DNA of 59,696 nucleotides. Source: Candidatus Limnocylindrales bacterium. GTDB taxonomy: Bacteria; Chloroflexota; Limnocylindria; Limnocylindrales; CSP1-4. The stretch spans positions 1-59,696 of the forward strand of contig DASTIG010000133.1 of assembly GCA_035717785.1 (NCBI GenBank). Direction: 5' to 3'. Position 1 is the stretch's first letter. Each line of letters starts with the position of its first letter. Positions 22,169 through 31,160 of this stretch are shown here, in pieces. The notes below the pieces were generated by a model. It did no database searches. It worked only from the letters and a program-made list of their open reading frames with translations, and was not told where the DNA came from. The position numbers were made by a program, and so were the translations under genes.

Positions 22169-22879
22169 TCAGTCCCGGATCAGTTTGGTCCCGCCGCGGT
22201 GACGAGTGACCGCCTCATGGCCATCTATCAGGAATAGGAGCCCGGCCATGCTTCCGGTCGGCGACCGGAGCCACCGGCGCACCGCCGCCGTGCGGGATGG
22301 CAGCACCGCCTCGAAGGTCGCCGCGTGTTGGTCGACACGACGACGGGCGGTCCGGTCGTCGGGGAAGACCAGCAATCTTGAGACGGTGTCGATTCGCCAA
22401 CCACGCTCCCTGGCGATCCCGACGGCCAGTCGGACCTTCCGGTCGAGCGTGCCGAGCATCGCCTGAAGGTCGGGCACCACCGACTTGATCTCGATGACGA
22501 GAAGCGACTTCGTCGGGTGATGGACGGCGAGGATGTCGATCGTGCCGCGTTCACCTCGGACGTTGAACGACACCTCGGTCGCCACCTCCCATCCGGAGTC
22601 GCGTAGCAAGTGAAGGGTGGACTCGGTGAGGTCGGCGTGCGCGGCGTCCAGCAGGCGATCGAACCCCTCGCCGTGCCACAGGATGCGAACACTGACCGTC
22701 GCGCCGAGGGCACCGGCGATTCGCATGAGGGTTCGGACCGTGGCCGAATCGGCACGGCCTCGCTCGACTCGAACGATGGTCGATCGTGAAACGCCGACCA
22801 TCGCCGCGAGGCGTTCCTGCGTTAGGCGGCGTCGTCGGCGCAGGGCGCGCACGGATAGCCCGAACCGCACCGCATCCAT
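22169..22879 (-). CDS. XRE-family HTH domain fused to a PD-(D/E)xK nuclease-like domain
   Basis: N-terminus LSVRALRRRRRLTQERLAAMVGVSRSTIVRVERG (Cro/C1 HTH). C-terminus HADLTEST...GWEVATEVSF....ERGTIDILAV....SLLVIEIKS (E...D...ExK restriction-endonuclease-fold pattern). Confidence 0.7.
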   Translation of the reverse strand: MDAVRFGLSVRALRRRRRLTQERLAAMVGVSRSTIVRVERGRADSATVRTLMRIAGALGATVSVRILWHGEGFDRLLDAAHADLTESTLHLLRDSGWEVATEVSFNVRGERGTIDILAVHHPTKSLLVIEIKSVVPDLQAMLGTLDRKVRLAVGIARERGWRIDTVSRLLVFPDDRTARRRVDQHAATFEAVLPSRTAAVRRWLRSPTGSMAGLLFLIDGHEAVTRHRGGTKLIRD

Positions 22880-22985
22880 CGCTCGGAGTCTGACGACGAG
22901 CGCTTATCCGAGGCTTACTCGTCGCCTTTTTCCCGGATACCGAACGGCCTTGGCCGGCGTGGCACCGCCTCGGGCTACGCGACCC

Positions 22986-24392
22986 TCAGCGCAGGAACAG
23001 ATCCACGCCCGGAGCGAACGCCATCGCGGCGATCACGATCGCGTACGCGACGAGCAGCAGAACGCCAGCCGCGAGATGCAGCTGGACATTGATGCCCATG
23101 AACGCCATCAGCCCGTACGGGTTGTCGTAGTTCGGCGCGAGCCCCGAGGACACGCGACGCGCCAGTGGGATCGTGAGCAGCATCAGCAGCGCCGGGATCG
23201 GCAGTAGGCCGGCGATCACGCCGAGCACCACGGCACCATAGGCCGCCACGACCGCCACGTTGTACCCGCCGATGACAGCCGACCTCGAGAACCGCACCGG
23301 CAGGGTCCGCTTGCCGGCACGGGCATCGCCACGCCGGTCGGGGATCTCGTTGACATAGAGGATGAGCGCAACAAGCAGGGCGATCGGGATCGACGCCACG
23401 AACGGCTCCCATGCCAGCGCCCCGCCGGTCTGGACGACGTATGCGCCGAGCAGCATCAGCGGCCCGAATCCGATCGCCACCGCGATCTCACCGAGCCCTC
23501 GATAGACGAACTTCAGTGGCGGTGCCGTATAGCCGAGCGACACGATGAACCCGACGACGCCGATGACGAGCAAGGCGATCGACCCACGCGTCGCGAGCAG
23601 CACCAGCCCGATCACACCCGCGGCGACATAGAAGACAGTCGCCAGTGTCGCCATCTGGCGCAACGTCACGAGCCCGTACTGGATCACCCGCGACCCGCCG
23701 CTGAACTTGGTCGGCGTGACGTTGGCGTCATCAGCCCCCTGGACCGTATCGAAGACGTCGTTTGCGACGTTCAGTCCGAGCTGGACGAAAGCCGCGCCGA
23801 TGATCGTCAACGCGGCCGCGGCGACGTCGAAGAAACCGTGGCTTGCCGCGATCAGGATGCCGAGCAGCACTGGCACGATGGTCGCGGTCAGGAACGGCAG
23901 CCGGGTGGTGCGCAGGGCAAGGGAGCGGAAGCGCAGCCGCGGCTTGACGGGCGTGCCTCTCTCCGCGGAGAGCGCGTCGAAATACCGACGCGAGCGCGGC
24001 ACCGACCGCTCCGAGTACTCGAAGAACGGGACCTCCGATTCGTCCCAGCCCCACGCCGAGCGCCCGATCAGGGTCAGGACGCGAGTCATCGAATCCGGGC
24101 GGATGCCCGGCGACACGCGGCCCCACACCGTTACGTGGCGGCGCTCGTCGTAGCCGTAACCGGGCTGCGGCCGGATGTGCGATCCGGTCAGGGACACCTC
24201 GCGGCTGGTCGGGACGGCCAGGCCAGTCGGCACCGGGAATGTCGCGGCGCCGCTGCCCGGATCGATCGACGCCGTAACGGCGACCGACACCGGGTAGCCC
24301 GTGTCGTCGATCCAGGAGGCGATGTGGAACGGATAGGTCGCGAGCTTTTCAAGCCCGGTTCGGGTGTCGAGCTCCGGTGTCGAGCGCATCAC
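22986..24392 (-). CDS. Fusion protein: N-terminal PPOX-like split-barrel domain plus MenA-like UbiA-family polyprenyltransferase
   Basis: The C-terminal ~300 aa are collinear with MenA (NVANDVFD..GAD, YTAPPLKFVYRGLGE, NEIPDRRGDARAGKRTLPVRF; about 8 TM). The N-terminal ~165 aa (HIASWIDDTGYPVSVAV...REVSLTGSH...RHVTVWGR) resemble the neighbouring PPOX-family protein. Confidence 0.75.
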   Translation of the reverse strand: MMRSTPELDTRTGLEKLATYPFHIASWIDDTGYPVSVAVTASIDPGSGAATFPVPTGLAVPTSREVSLTGSHIRPQPGYGYDERRHVTVWGRVSPGIRPDSMTRVLTLIGRSAWGWDESEVPFFEYSERSVPRSRRYFDALSAERGTPVKPRLRFRSLALRTTRLPFLTATIVPVLLGILIAASHGFFDVAAAALTIIGAAFVQLGLNVANDVFDTVQGADDANVTPTKFSGGSRVIQYGLVTLRQMATLATVFYVAAGVIGLVLLATRGSIALLVIGVVGFIVSLGYTAPPLKFVYRGLGEIAVAIGFGPLMLLGAYVVQTGGALAWEPFVASIPIALLVALILYVNEIPDRRGDARAGKRTLPVRFSRSAVIGGYNVAVVAAYGAVVLGVIAGLLPIPALLMLLTIPLARRVSSGLAPNYDNPYGLMAFMGINVQLHLAAGVLLLVAYAIVIAAMAFAPGVDLFLR

Positions 24393-24871
24393 GCGGCCTC
24401 CTTGCCGACCACGGTCACGACCGGCGCCACCGATGTGTCGCCGTGCGGCCAGTACAGGACCCGGCGGGGCGTGATCTCGATGAGCGCCCGCTCGAAGAAC
24501 AACGGCAGCGCCACCCGAGCCTCGAGGAACGCGACGATGGCCGGCTCCTTGGCCGACCAGATGGGGAGCAGTCGCTCCCAGCCGCCGTGCGGGTCATCGG
24601 CGATGACCCGGGCATCGCCCTGGATCGTCACACGGTCCGTCCTGCCACCGACGCTGATGGGATCCGTCACCGACACGGACACGCGCGGGTTCCGAGCGAT
24701 GTGCTCGAGCTTGCGACTGAACAGGGTCGACGAGGTCATGTAGATGCGCTCGCCATCCCAGAGCGGGATCAACGGATATGTGACGGGACGCCCCTTCGGG
24801 TCCACGACCGTTAGTTCCGCGACGAGTGCCTGTGCGACGAGTTCGGCAGCGGGGGCAGGGATGGTGGCCAT
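24389..24871 (-). CDS. Pyridoxamine 5'-phosphate oxidase (PPOX) family split-barrel protein, possibly flavin- or F420-dependent
   Basis: LTVVDPKGRPVTYPLIPLWDGERIYMTSS..S.K..HI..NPRVSVSVTD.......RVTIQGDARVI pattern. ATG at 24871 with GCAGGAGC RBS preferred over 24922. 4-nt overlap with the downstream fusion gene. Confidence 0.6.
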   Translation of the reverse strand: MATIPAPAAELVAQALVAELTVVDPKGRPVTYPLIPLWDGERIYMTSSTLFSRKLEHIARNPRVSVSVTDPISVGGRTDRVTIQGDARVIADDPHGGWERLLPIWSAKEPAIVAFLEARVALPLFFERALIEITPRRVLYWPHGDTSVAPVVTVVGKEAA

Positions 24872-25015
24872 CGGTTCGGCTCCTGCGATGCGCGTCGGTG
24901 CGTCCGGGGACGACCTTACCACATATCGCTACCGCTGTGTAGCACGTTTCTCGCGGACGCATTCCGGCTTGGACGGCGCGGCCGGCCACGGCGCGCTGGA
25001 GTACCATGCCCGCCC

Positions 25016-25966
25016 ATGCCGGACAGTGCCGAGTCGGTCGACTCGACCTCGCTCATCCGTGCCCGCGGGCTGACCAAGCGCTTCGGTGATTTCACCGCGG
25101 TCGACGCCGTCGATTTCGATGTGGCGCCAGGCGAATCGTTCGGGTTCCTGGGACCGAACGGCGCGGGCAAGACGTCGACGATGCGGATGATCGGTTGCGT
25201 CTCGCCGGCGACCGCGGGGATGCTGCGCATCCTCGGCCAGGACCCGGCCGCGGACGGGCCGAACATCCGGGCACGGCTGGGGGTCGTCCCCCAGCAGGAC
25301 ACGCTCGACACGGAGCTCACGGTCCGCGAGAACCTCGTGCTCTACGGCCGCTACTTCGGTCTGAGCCGAGCCGAGTGTGCCCGGCGAGCGGACGACCTCC
25401 TCGACTTCGCGCAGCTGACGGAGCGCGCCGGCGATCAGGTCGAGCACCTGTCGGGCGGGCTGAAGCGTCGCCTCACGATCGCCCGCAGCCTCATCAACGA
25501 ACCAGAGCTGATGCTGCTCGACGAGCCGACGACCGGCCTCGATCCCCAGGCCCGGCACCTGCTCTGGGATCGCCTGTACCGACTGAAACAGCGCGGTGTG
25601 ACCCTGGTCCTGACGACGCATTACATGGACGAAGCGGAACAGTTGTGCGACCGGCTCGTGGTGATGGACAAGGCGAAGATCGTGGCCGAGGGCTCGCCCC
25701 GCTCGCTGATCGAGCAGTACTCGACCCGCGAGGTCACTGAACTCCGTTTCGCGGACGGAGTCCAGGAGACGCTCGACGGCCAACTCGACGGCCTCGCGGA
25801 GCGGATCGAACGGCTGCCGGATCGCGTCCTGCTCTACGCCGACGATGGTGAGGCCGCAGTCGCAGCCGCCCACGCACGAGGGCTCCAGCCTGAGACGGTG
25901 CTCGTCCGCCGATCGACGCTGGAGGACGTGTTCCTGCGGCTGACCGGCCGGTCGCTGGTCGACTGA
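25016..25966 (+). CDS. ABC transporter ATP-binding protein (ABC-2 / DrrA-NodI type)
   Basis: Walker A GPNGAGKTST, Q-loop VPQQD, signature LSGGLKRRL, Walker B LMLLDEPTTGLD. Confidence 0.9.
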   Translation: MPDSAESVDSTSLIRARGLTKRFGDFTAVDAVDFDVAPGESFGFLGPNGAGKTSTMRMIGCVSPATAGMLRILGQDPAADGPNIRARLGVVPQQDTLDTELTVRENLVLYGRYFGLSRAECARRADDLLDFAQLTERAGDQVEHLSGGLKRRLTIARSLINEPELMLLDEPTTGLDPQARHLLWDRLYRLKQRGVTLVLTTHYMDEAEQLCDRLVVMDKAKIVAEGSPRSLIEQYSTREVTELRFADGVQETLDGQLDGLAERIERLPDRVLLYADDGEAAVAAAHARGLQPETVLVRRSTLEDVFLRLTGRSLVD

Positions 25967-26778
25967 TGTCGGCGATCGCCGATGCGACGTCGGGCATCGG
26001 GCGCGTCTTCGAACACCGGTTCATCACCTACCGGCGCACGTTCCGGGCCAGCATCTTCAGCTCGTTCCTGACCCCGGTGCTGTTCCTGGCCGCGATGGGA
26101 CTCGGGATCGGCGGGTACGTCGACCGCGGCGGGGCGGACGCCGCCCTCGGAGGCGTGCCGTACATCGCCTTCCTGGCGCCTGGGCTGCTGGTCGCCTCGT
26201 GCATGCAGGCGGCGTCCTTCGAGGCCACCTTCCCGATCATGGCCGGCCTGGTCTGGAGCCGGGTCTTCCACGCGATGTACGCGACGCCCATCACTCCCCG
26301 GGACGTGGCGCTGGGCAACATCCTGTGGTTCGGCGCCCGCCTGCTGCTCATCTCGTCGGTCTTCACGATCGTCATCGTGTTGTTCGGCGCGGCGATCTCG
26401 CCGATGGTCGTGCTCGCGATCCCGGTCGCTGTGCTCACAGGCCTGGCATTCGCGGCGCCCATCGCTGCCTTCTCCGCAACCCAGCGCACCCCGGACCGGT
26501 TCGCGGCCATCTTCCGGTTCGGGATCACGCCGTTGTTCCTGTTCTCCGGGACGTTCTATCCGGTCGAGTCGCTGCCGGCGTTCGTGCAGCCGCTGGCGTG
26601 GCTCACGCCGCTGTACCACGGCGTGGTGTTGGCGCGTGGCCTGTCACTCGGCACGCTGGGCACGCCCGACTTGCCGCTGGACCTTGCCCTCCTGCACCTC
26701 GCCGTCCTGATCGGGTTCATCGTTGTCGGCACGCTGCTCACGATCCGGACTGTCAGCGCGAAGCTGGTGCGCGGGTGA
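25966..26778 (+). CDS. ABC-2 type transporter permease (first of two)
   Basis: TGATG overlap with the ATPase gene. 6 TM, ABC-2 (DrrB/NodJ-like) layout. Confidence 0.8.
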   Translation: MSAIADATSGIGRVFEHRFITYRRTFRASIFSSFLTPVLFLAAMGLGIGGYVDRGGADAALGGVPYIAFLAPGLLVASCMQAASFEATFPIMAGLVWSRVFHAMYATPITPRDVALGNILWFGARLLLISSVFTIVIVLFGAAISPMVVLAIPVAVLTGLAFAAPIAAFSATQRTPDRFAAIFRFGITPLFLFSGTFYPVESLPAFVQPLAWLTPLYHGVVLARGLSLGTLGTPDLPLDLALLHLAVLIGFIVVGTLLTIRTVSAKLVRG

Positions 26779-27575
26779 CCGCCTTGCCGCTGACCTCGGC
26801 CCTCCTGATCGGGAGCCGGAGATCCCTGCGTCTGGTCGAGCGGAACCTGTACGTCTACAAGCACGGCTGGCTCGTGCTCCTGTCGGGCTTCTTCGAGCCA
26901 CTCTTCTATCTGCTCAGCATCGGGTTCGGCCTCGGCGCGCTGATCGGCACGATCCCGGGGCCCGGTGGGATCGAGATCCCATACCAGCTGTTCGTTGCAC
27001 CGGCGTTGCTCGCGACCGCGTCGATGCAGGGCGCGATCAACGAGAGCACGTTCAACTTCTTCTTCAAGCTCAACTACGACAAGACGTTCTCGTCGATCCT
27101 GGCGACGCCCCTGTCGGCCGGCGATATCGCGGTCGGCGAGCTGATCTGGGCGCTCATCCGTGGCGGCCTGTACGCGCTCGGGTTCATGGTCGTGCTCGTG
27201 ATCCTCGGCCTGGTGGTATCGCCGTGGGTCGTGCTTGCTGTGCCGGCGGCGCTGCTCGTCGGATTCGCGTTCGGCGCGGTGGGTATGGCCGCCACGTCGT
27301 ACATGAAGACGTGGCAGGACTTCGACCTGATCCAGCTCGTGATCCTGCCGCTGTTCCTGTTCTCCGCGACGTTCTATCCGATCGAGACCTATCCGGACGT
27401 GCTCCGCGTGATCGTCCAGCTGACCCCGCTCTACCAGGGCGTGGATCTCATCCGGGCGCTCACGATCGGTGCGATCTCGCCGATCCTGCTCGTCCATGTC
27501 GTGTACCTGCTGGTGATGGGCTTCGCGGGTCTGTACGTGGTCTCCCGCCGGCTCGACAAGCTGCTCCTCCAGTGA
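26775..27575 (+). CDS. ABC-2 type transporter permease (second of two)
   Basis: GTG at 26775 in a GTGA overlap. Paralogous to the preceding permease (LTPLYHGV / LTPLYQGV motif shared). The longer track ORF from 26199 is rejected. Confidence 0.8.
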   Translation: MTALPLTSALLIGSRRSLRLVERNLYVYKHGWLVLLSGFFEPLFYLLSIGFGLGALIGTIPGPGGIEIPYQLFVAPALLATASMQGAINESTFNFFFKLNYDKTFSSILATPLSAGDIAVGELIWALIRGGLYALGFMVVLVILGLVVSPWVVLAVPAALLVGFAFGAVGMAATSYMKTWQDFDLIQLVILPLFLFSATFYPIETYPDVLRVIVQLTPLYQGVDLIRALTIGAISPILLVHVVYLLVMGFAGLYVVSRRLDKLLLQ

Positions 27576-28258
27576 CCGACCGGGCCGCGCTCGCGGCCCT
27601 CACCACCGAGATCGTTGTGTGCAGGCGGTGTCCACGCCTCGTGGAATGGCGGGAACGTGTGGCACGCGAGAAGGTCGCGCGATTCCGTGACCAGACGTAC
27701 TGGGGCCGGCCGGTGCCGGGCTTCGGGGATCCTGACGCGCGGATCCTCTTGGTGGGTCTGGCACCCGCGGCCCACGGCGGAAACAGAACGGGACGGGTCT
27801 TCACCGGGGACGCGTCCGGTGACTTCCTGTGGGCGGCGCTGTATCGCGCCGGCCTCGCCGATCGGCCGTCGTCGCGGCGCGCCGACGACGGGTTGACGCT
27901 CACCGAGGTCTACATCGCGGCGGCCGTGCGGTGCGCCCCGCCGGCCAACAAGCCGACACCGGAAGAGCGGGACAACTGCGCGCCGTACCTGGCCCGCGAG
28001 CTGGGCCTGTTGGAGCGCGTCCGGGTCCTGCTGGCGCTGGGTGCCTACGGCTGGGACGCCGCGCTCCGTGCGATGGCCGCGAACGGGCACAGGGTCCCGG
28101 TCAAGCCGAGGTTCGGTCACGGCGCGATCGCGGAGGTCGGCGCGTATCGGTTGATCGGCTCGTACCACCCGAGCCAGCAGAACACATTCACCGGCAAGCT
28201 CACGCCCGCGATGTTCGATGCCGTCATCACAACGGCCAAGGAACTCGCCCTCTCGTAG
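27572..28258 (+). CDS. udgB: Uracil-DNA glycosylase, family 5 (UdgB-type)
   Basis: CRRCPRLVEWRE, GLAPAAHGGNRTGRVFTGD (family-5 type motif rather than the GEAPG of family 4), HPSQQN. GTGA overlap with the permease. Confidence 0.8.
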   Translation: MTDRAALAALTTEIVVCRRCPRLVEWRERVAREKVARFRDQTYWGRPVPGFGDPDARILLVGLAPAAHGGNRTGRVFTGDASGDFLWAALYRAGLADRPSSRRADDGLTLTEVYIAAAVRCAPPANKPTPEERDNCAPYLARELGLLERVRVLLALGAYGWDAALRAMAANGHRVPVKPRFGHGAIAEVGAYRLIGSYHPSQQNTFTGKLTPAMFDAVITTAKELALS

Positions 28259-28270
28259 ACTTCTCGCTCG

Positions 28271-29383
28271 ATGGCCACCACGGAGCGCGATCTGTACGAG
28301 GTGCTCGGCGTCCAGCGCGGTGCGAGCGACGCCGAGATCAAGCGCGCCTTCCGCAAGCTCGCCCAGCAATGGCACCCGGACGTCAACAAGGATCCGCAGG
28401 CGCCGGCCCGCTTCAAGGAGGCGAGCGAGGCGTACCAGATCCTGTCCGATCCCGACCGCCGCCAGCGGTACGACACGTTCGGGCGCGCCGGGGTCGATGG
28501 CGGGCCGGCCGGAGCCGGCTTCGAGGGCTTCGGCGGGTTCAGCGACATCTTCGACGCGTTCTTCGGTGGAGCGGCATCCGGATCGGCGCGACGAGGCAGG
28601 CCGCAACCTGGCTCCGATCTCCGGTATGACATGCGCATCACGTTCGAGGAAGCGGTCAAGGGGACGGAGAAGGAGATCGACTTCCGTGCGCTCGGGCGGT
28701 GTGAAACGTGCAGCGGCGGGGGAGCGGCGCCCGGGACCGAGGCGACGACCTGTCCTCAGTGCGAGGGTCGGGGCGAGGTGCGCAGCGTGCGCCAGACGAT
28801 GCTCGGGCAGATGGTCAATGTCAGCGCGTGCCCGCGCTGTCGAGGCGAGGGCAAGATCGTCGAGACCCCATGCGAGACGTGCAAGGGCGACGGCCGCACG
28901 GAGCGGAAGCGAACGCTGCGGGTGACGATCCCCGCCGGCATCGACGAAGGCCACCAGATCCGGCTGACGAACGAGGGCGAGGTCGGCCCGCGCGGCGGCC
29001 CCCCCGGATCGTTGTACGTCGCGGTCCATGTCGCCCCGCATTCGAGCCTCAAGCGCGACGGGACCGAGTTGTACTTCGAGGCCCGGATCTCGATCGCCCA
29101 GGCGGCGCTCGGCACGACTCTCCAGGTGCCGACGATCGAAGGCTCTGAGGACGTCGAGGTCAAGCCCGGTACCCAGCCGGATACAGAGATCCGCCTGCGT
29201 AGCAAGGGCGTGCCCCATCTCCGGCGAGCAGGGTCACGCGGCGACCTGCATGTTCTCGTCGATGTCGAGGTCCCGAAGAAGCTGTCGAAGAAGCAGCGCG
29301 AGATCCTCGAGGCATACGCACGCGAGTCGGGCGAGGCGGTCGGCGGCTCGGGCGGCATCCTCGACAAGCTCGGACTGGGGTGA
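28271..29383 (+). CDS. dnaJ: Molecular chaperone DnaJ
   Basis: J domain DLYEVLGV....EIK.AFRKLA..WHPDVNK, G/F-rich region, four CxxCxGxG zinc motifs. Confidence 0.95.
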   Translation: MATTERDLYEVLGVQRGASDAEIKRAFRKLAQQWHPDVNKDPQAPARFKEASEAYQILSDPDRRQRYDTFGRAGVDGGPAGAGFEGFGGFSDIFDAFFGGAASGSARRGRPQPGSDLRYDMRITFEEAVKGTEKEIDFRALGRCETCSGGGAAPGTEATTCPQCEGRGEVRSVRQTMLGQMVNVSACPRCRGEGKIVETPCETCKGDGRTERKRTLRVTIPAGIDEGHQIRLTNEGEVGPRGGPPGSLYVAVHVAPHSSLKRDGTELYFEARISIAQAALGTTLQVPTIEGSEDVEVKPGTQPDTEIRLRSKGVPHLRRAGSRGDLHVLVDVEVPKKLSKKQREILEAYARESGEAVGGSGGILDKLGLG

Positions 29384-30318
29384 GGTCCGAGCCACCCGCG
29401 GCCTGGCTGGAACTCGCCGTCGAAGCGGACCTCGAGGCGGTCGAGGCCGTCAGCGAGATCCTCGGACGGGTGGCGAGTGGCGGAACGTCGGTCGAGCCCG
29501 GCTTCGAGCTCGTCGACGAGGGGCTCGGCGCGCGGATCGATCCAGCGCGACCGGCGGTCGTCCGCGGGTACGTCCCGGCGGGTGACCAGGCGGTGACCGA
29601 GGCGGCGGCGGCCGAGGCTGCGGAAGCACTCGGTCACCTGCAGGCGTTCGGCCTGCGGCCCATCGGTGAGCTCCGGACTCGCATCGTCCACGAGGCGGAC
29701 TGGGCCGAGGCATGGAAGGCGTTCTTTCCTGTTCTCCGCGTGGGCCGCCGCCTCGTGGTCCGTCCGACGTGGCGCCGGCACCGCGCGCGCCCGGGCGACG
29801 TCGTGCTCGCGCTCGATCCCGGGATGGCCTTCGGGACCGGCCTCCACCCGACGACCCGCCTGTGTCTCGCGGTTCTCGAGCCACTGGCGGACGATGGCCG
29901 GCTCGCTGAGGCCAGGGTCCTCGACGTCGGATGCGGCTCGGGGATCCTGGCGATCGCCGCGCTCCGACTCGGTGCCGCGACGGCATTGGGCGTCGACACC
30001 GATCCGATCGCGATCGAGTCGACGCTCGCGAACGCTCGGCGGAACCGGCTCGCACCCCGGCTTCGTGCGCGCGCGGGCAGCCTTCCGACCGGAGAGGAGC
30101 CCTTCGACGTCGTCCTGGCCAACCTCATCGCCGGTGTGCTCGTCCCGCTCGCCGCTCACCTCCGCGACGAGCTGCGACCGGGCGGTACGCTCGTGGCGTC
30201 GGGCATCTTCGTCGACCGCGAGGGCGACGTCCGGGCGGCCTTCGAGTCGGCTGGCCTGCGCGTCGTCGACCGAACGGTCGAGGGCGACTGGATCGCGCTG
30301 GTCGCCCGGCGGCCCTGA
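29380..30318 (+). CDS. prmA: Ribosomal protein L11 methyltransferase
   Basis: [33 protein letters not shown]. Conserved dnaJ-prmA linkage. Confidence 0.88.
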   Translation: MRSEPPAAWLELAVEADLEAVEAVSEILGRVASGGTSVEPGFELVDEGLGARIDPARPAVVRGYVPAGDQAVTEAAAAEAAEALGHLQAFGLRPIGELRTRIVHEADWAEAWKAFFPVLRVGRRLVVRPTWRRHRARPGDVVLALDPGMAFGTGLHPTTRLCLAVLEPLADDGRLAEARVLDVGCGSGILAIAALRLGAATALGVDTDPIAIESTLANARRNRLAPRLRARAGSLPTGEEPFDVVLANLIAGVLVPLAAHLRDELRPGGTLVASGIFVDREGDVRAAFESAGLRVVDRTVEGDWIALVARRP

Positions 30319-30354
30319 CGGCTCGGACGACCGCTCGACCGTACAATCGGCCGG

Positions 30355-30813
30355 ATGCCCACCAGCCTGTTTCCCATCCTGCTCGCGACGCACGTGATCC
30401 TCGCGGTCAGCCTGTTCCTGCCGTCGATCCTGCTGCCGTTCGCGTTGCGCACCCGGCGCGCCGCGGTCGACTCGGACAGTGGGCTCGTGCGGACCCTGTT
30501 GTGGGGCCAGTCGCACGGCACTCTCGTGATCGGCGCAGGCCTGGCCCTGACCGGTGTCGGGCTGATCGCGACACTCGGGCCGACCCTCCTGCAGCAGCCG
30601 TGGCTGCTGGTCGCACTCGTCATCTACGCCGCGAACCTCGCGCTCGCGTTCTTCATCCAGCGGCCGAACCTGCGGAGGCTGGTCGGGATCACTGCCGCTG
30701 CCGATGACCGCGTCTGGCTCGATCGCGCGCGACGCCAGCGTTACGTGTCGTACCTGATGGCCGGGCTCGTCGGGGTCATCGGCTTCCTCATGAGCACGAA
30801 ACCGAGCCTCTGA
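30355..30813 (+). CDS. DUF2269-like small membrane protein
   Basis: 4 TM. N-terminus LATHVILAVSLFLPSILLPF is typical of the family as I recall it. Confidence 0.5.
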   Translation: MPTSLFPILLATHVILAVSLFLPSILLPFALRTRRAAVDSDSGLVRTLLWGQSHGTLVIGAGLALTGVGLIATLGPTLLQQPWLLVALVIYAANLALAFFIQRPNLRRLVGITAAADDRVWLDRARRQRYVSYLMAGLVGVIGFLMSTKPSL

Positions 30814-31160
30814 TGGCCTCTGACTGCCTGTTCTGCCGCATCGTCGCGGGCGAGATCCCGGCGACCAAGGTCCGCGAGGACGACCTCGTCCTCGCGATCC
30901 GCGACATCGCTCCGCGGGCACCGACGCACATCCTGATCATGCCCAAGGCGCACATCGTCTCCGCGCTTGAGCTGACCGAGGCCGACAGCCCCTTGATCGG
31001 CCGCATCTTCGCGGTGGCCGCCGATCTCGCTCGTTCGGAGGGGATCGCGGAGGGCGGCTATCGACTGGTGTCGAACGTCGGGCGGTGGGGCGGCCAGTCG
31101 GTCGACCACCTCCACGTACACCTCATGGGCGGTCGGGCATTCGAATGGCCGCCCGGCTGA
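30813..31160 (+). CDS. HIT (histidine triad) family protein
   Basis: CLFCRIVAGEIP, APTHILIMPK, HLHVHLMGG. Confidence 0.9.
   Translation: MASDCLFCRIVAGEIPATKVREDDLVLAIRDIAPRAPTHILIMPKAHIVSALELTEADSPLIGRIFAVAADLARSEGIAEGGYRLVSNVGRWGGQSVDHLHVHLMGGRAFEWPPG

Noticed and set aside
22020-22237. 60-aa and 68-aa plus-strand ORFs in the spacer after dnaK.
   Set aside because: They have no RBS, poor codon bias and run into the 3' end of the XRE gene. The region is better explained by the non-coding element and the palindromes.
22895-22935. A 7-bp hairpin (CGACGAG ... CTCGTCG) followed by CCTTTTTCCC looked like a plus-strand terminator upstream of the XRE gene.
   Set aside because: The loop is 17 nt, the stem is short, and there is no plus-strand gene to terminate. 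It more likely belongs to the XRE promoter or leader on the minus strand.
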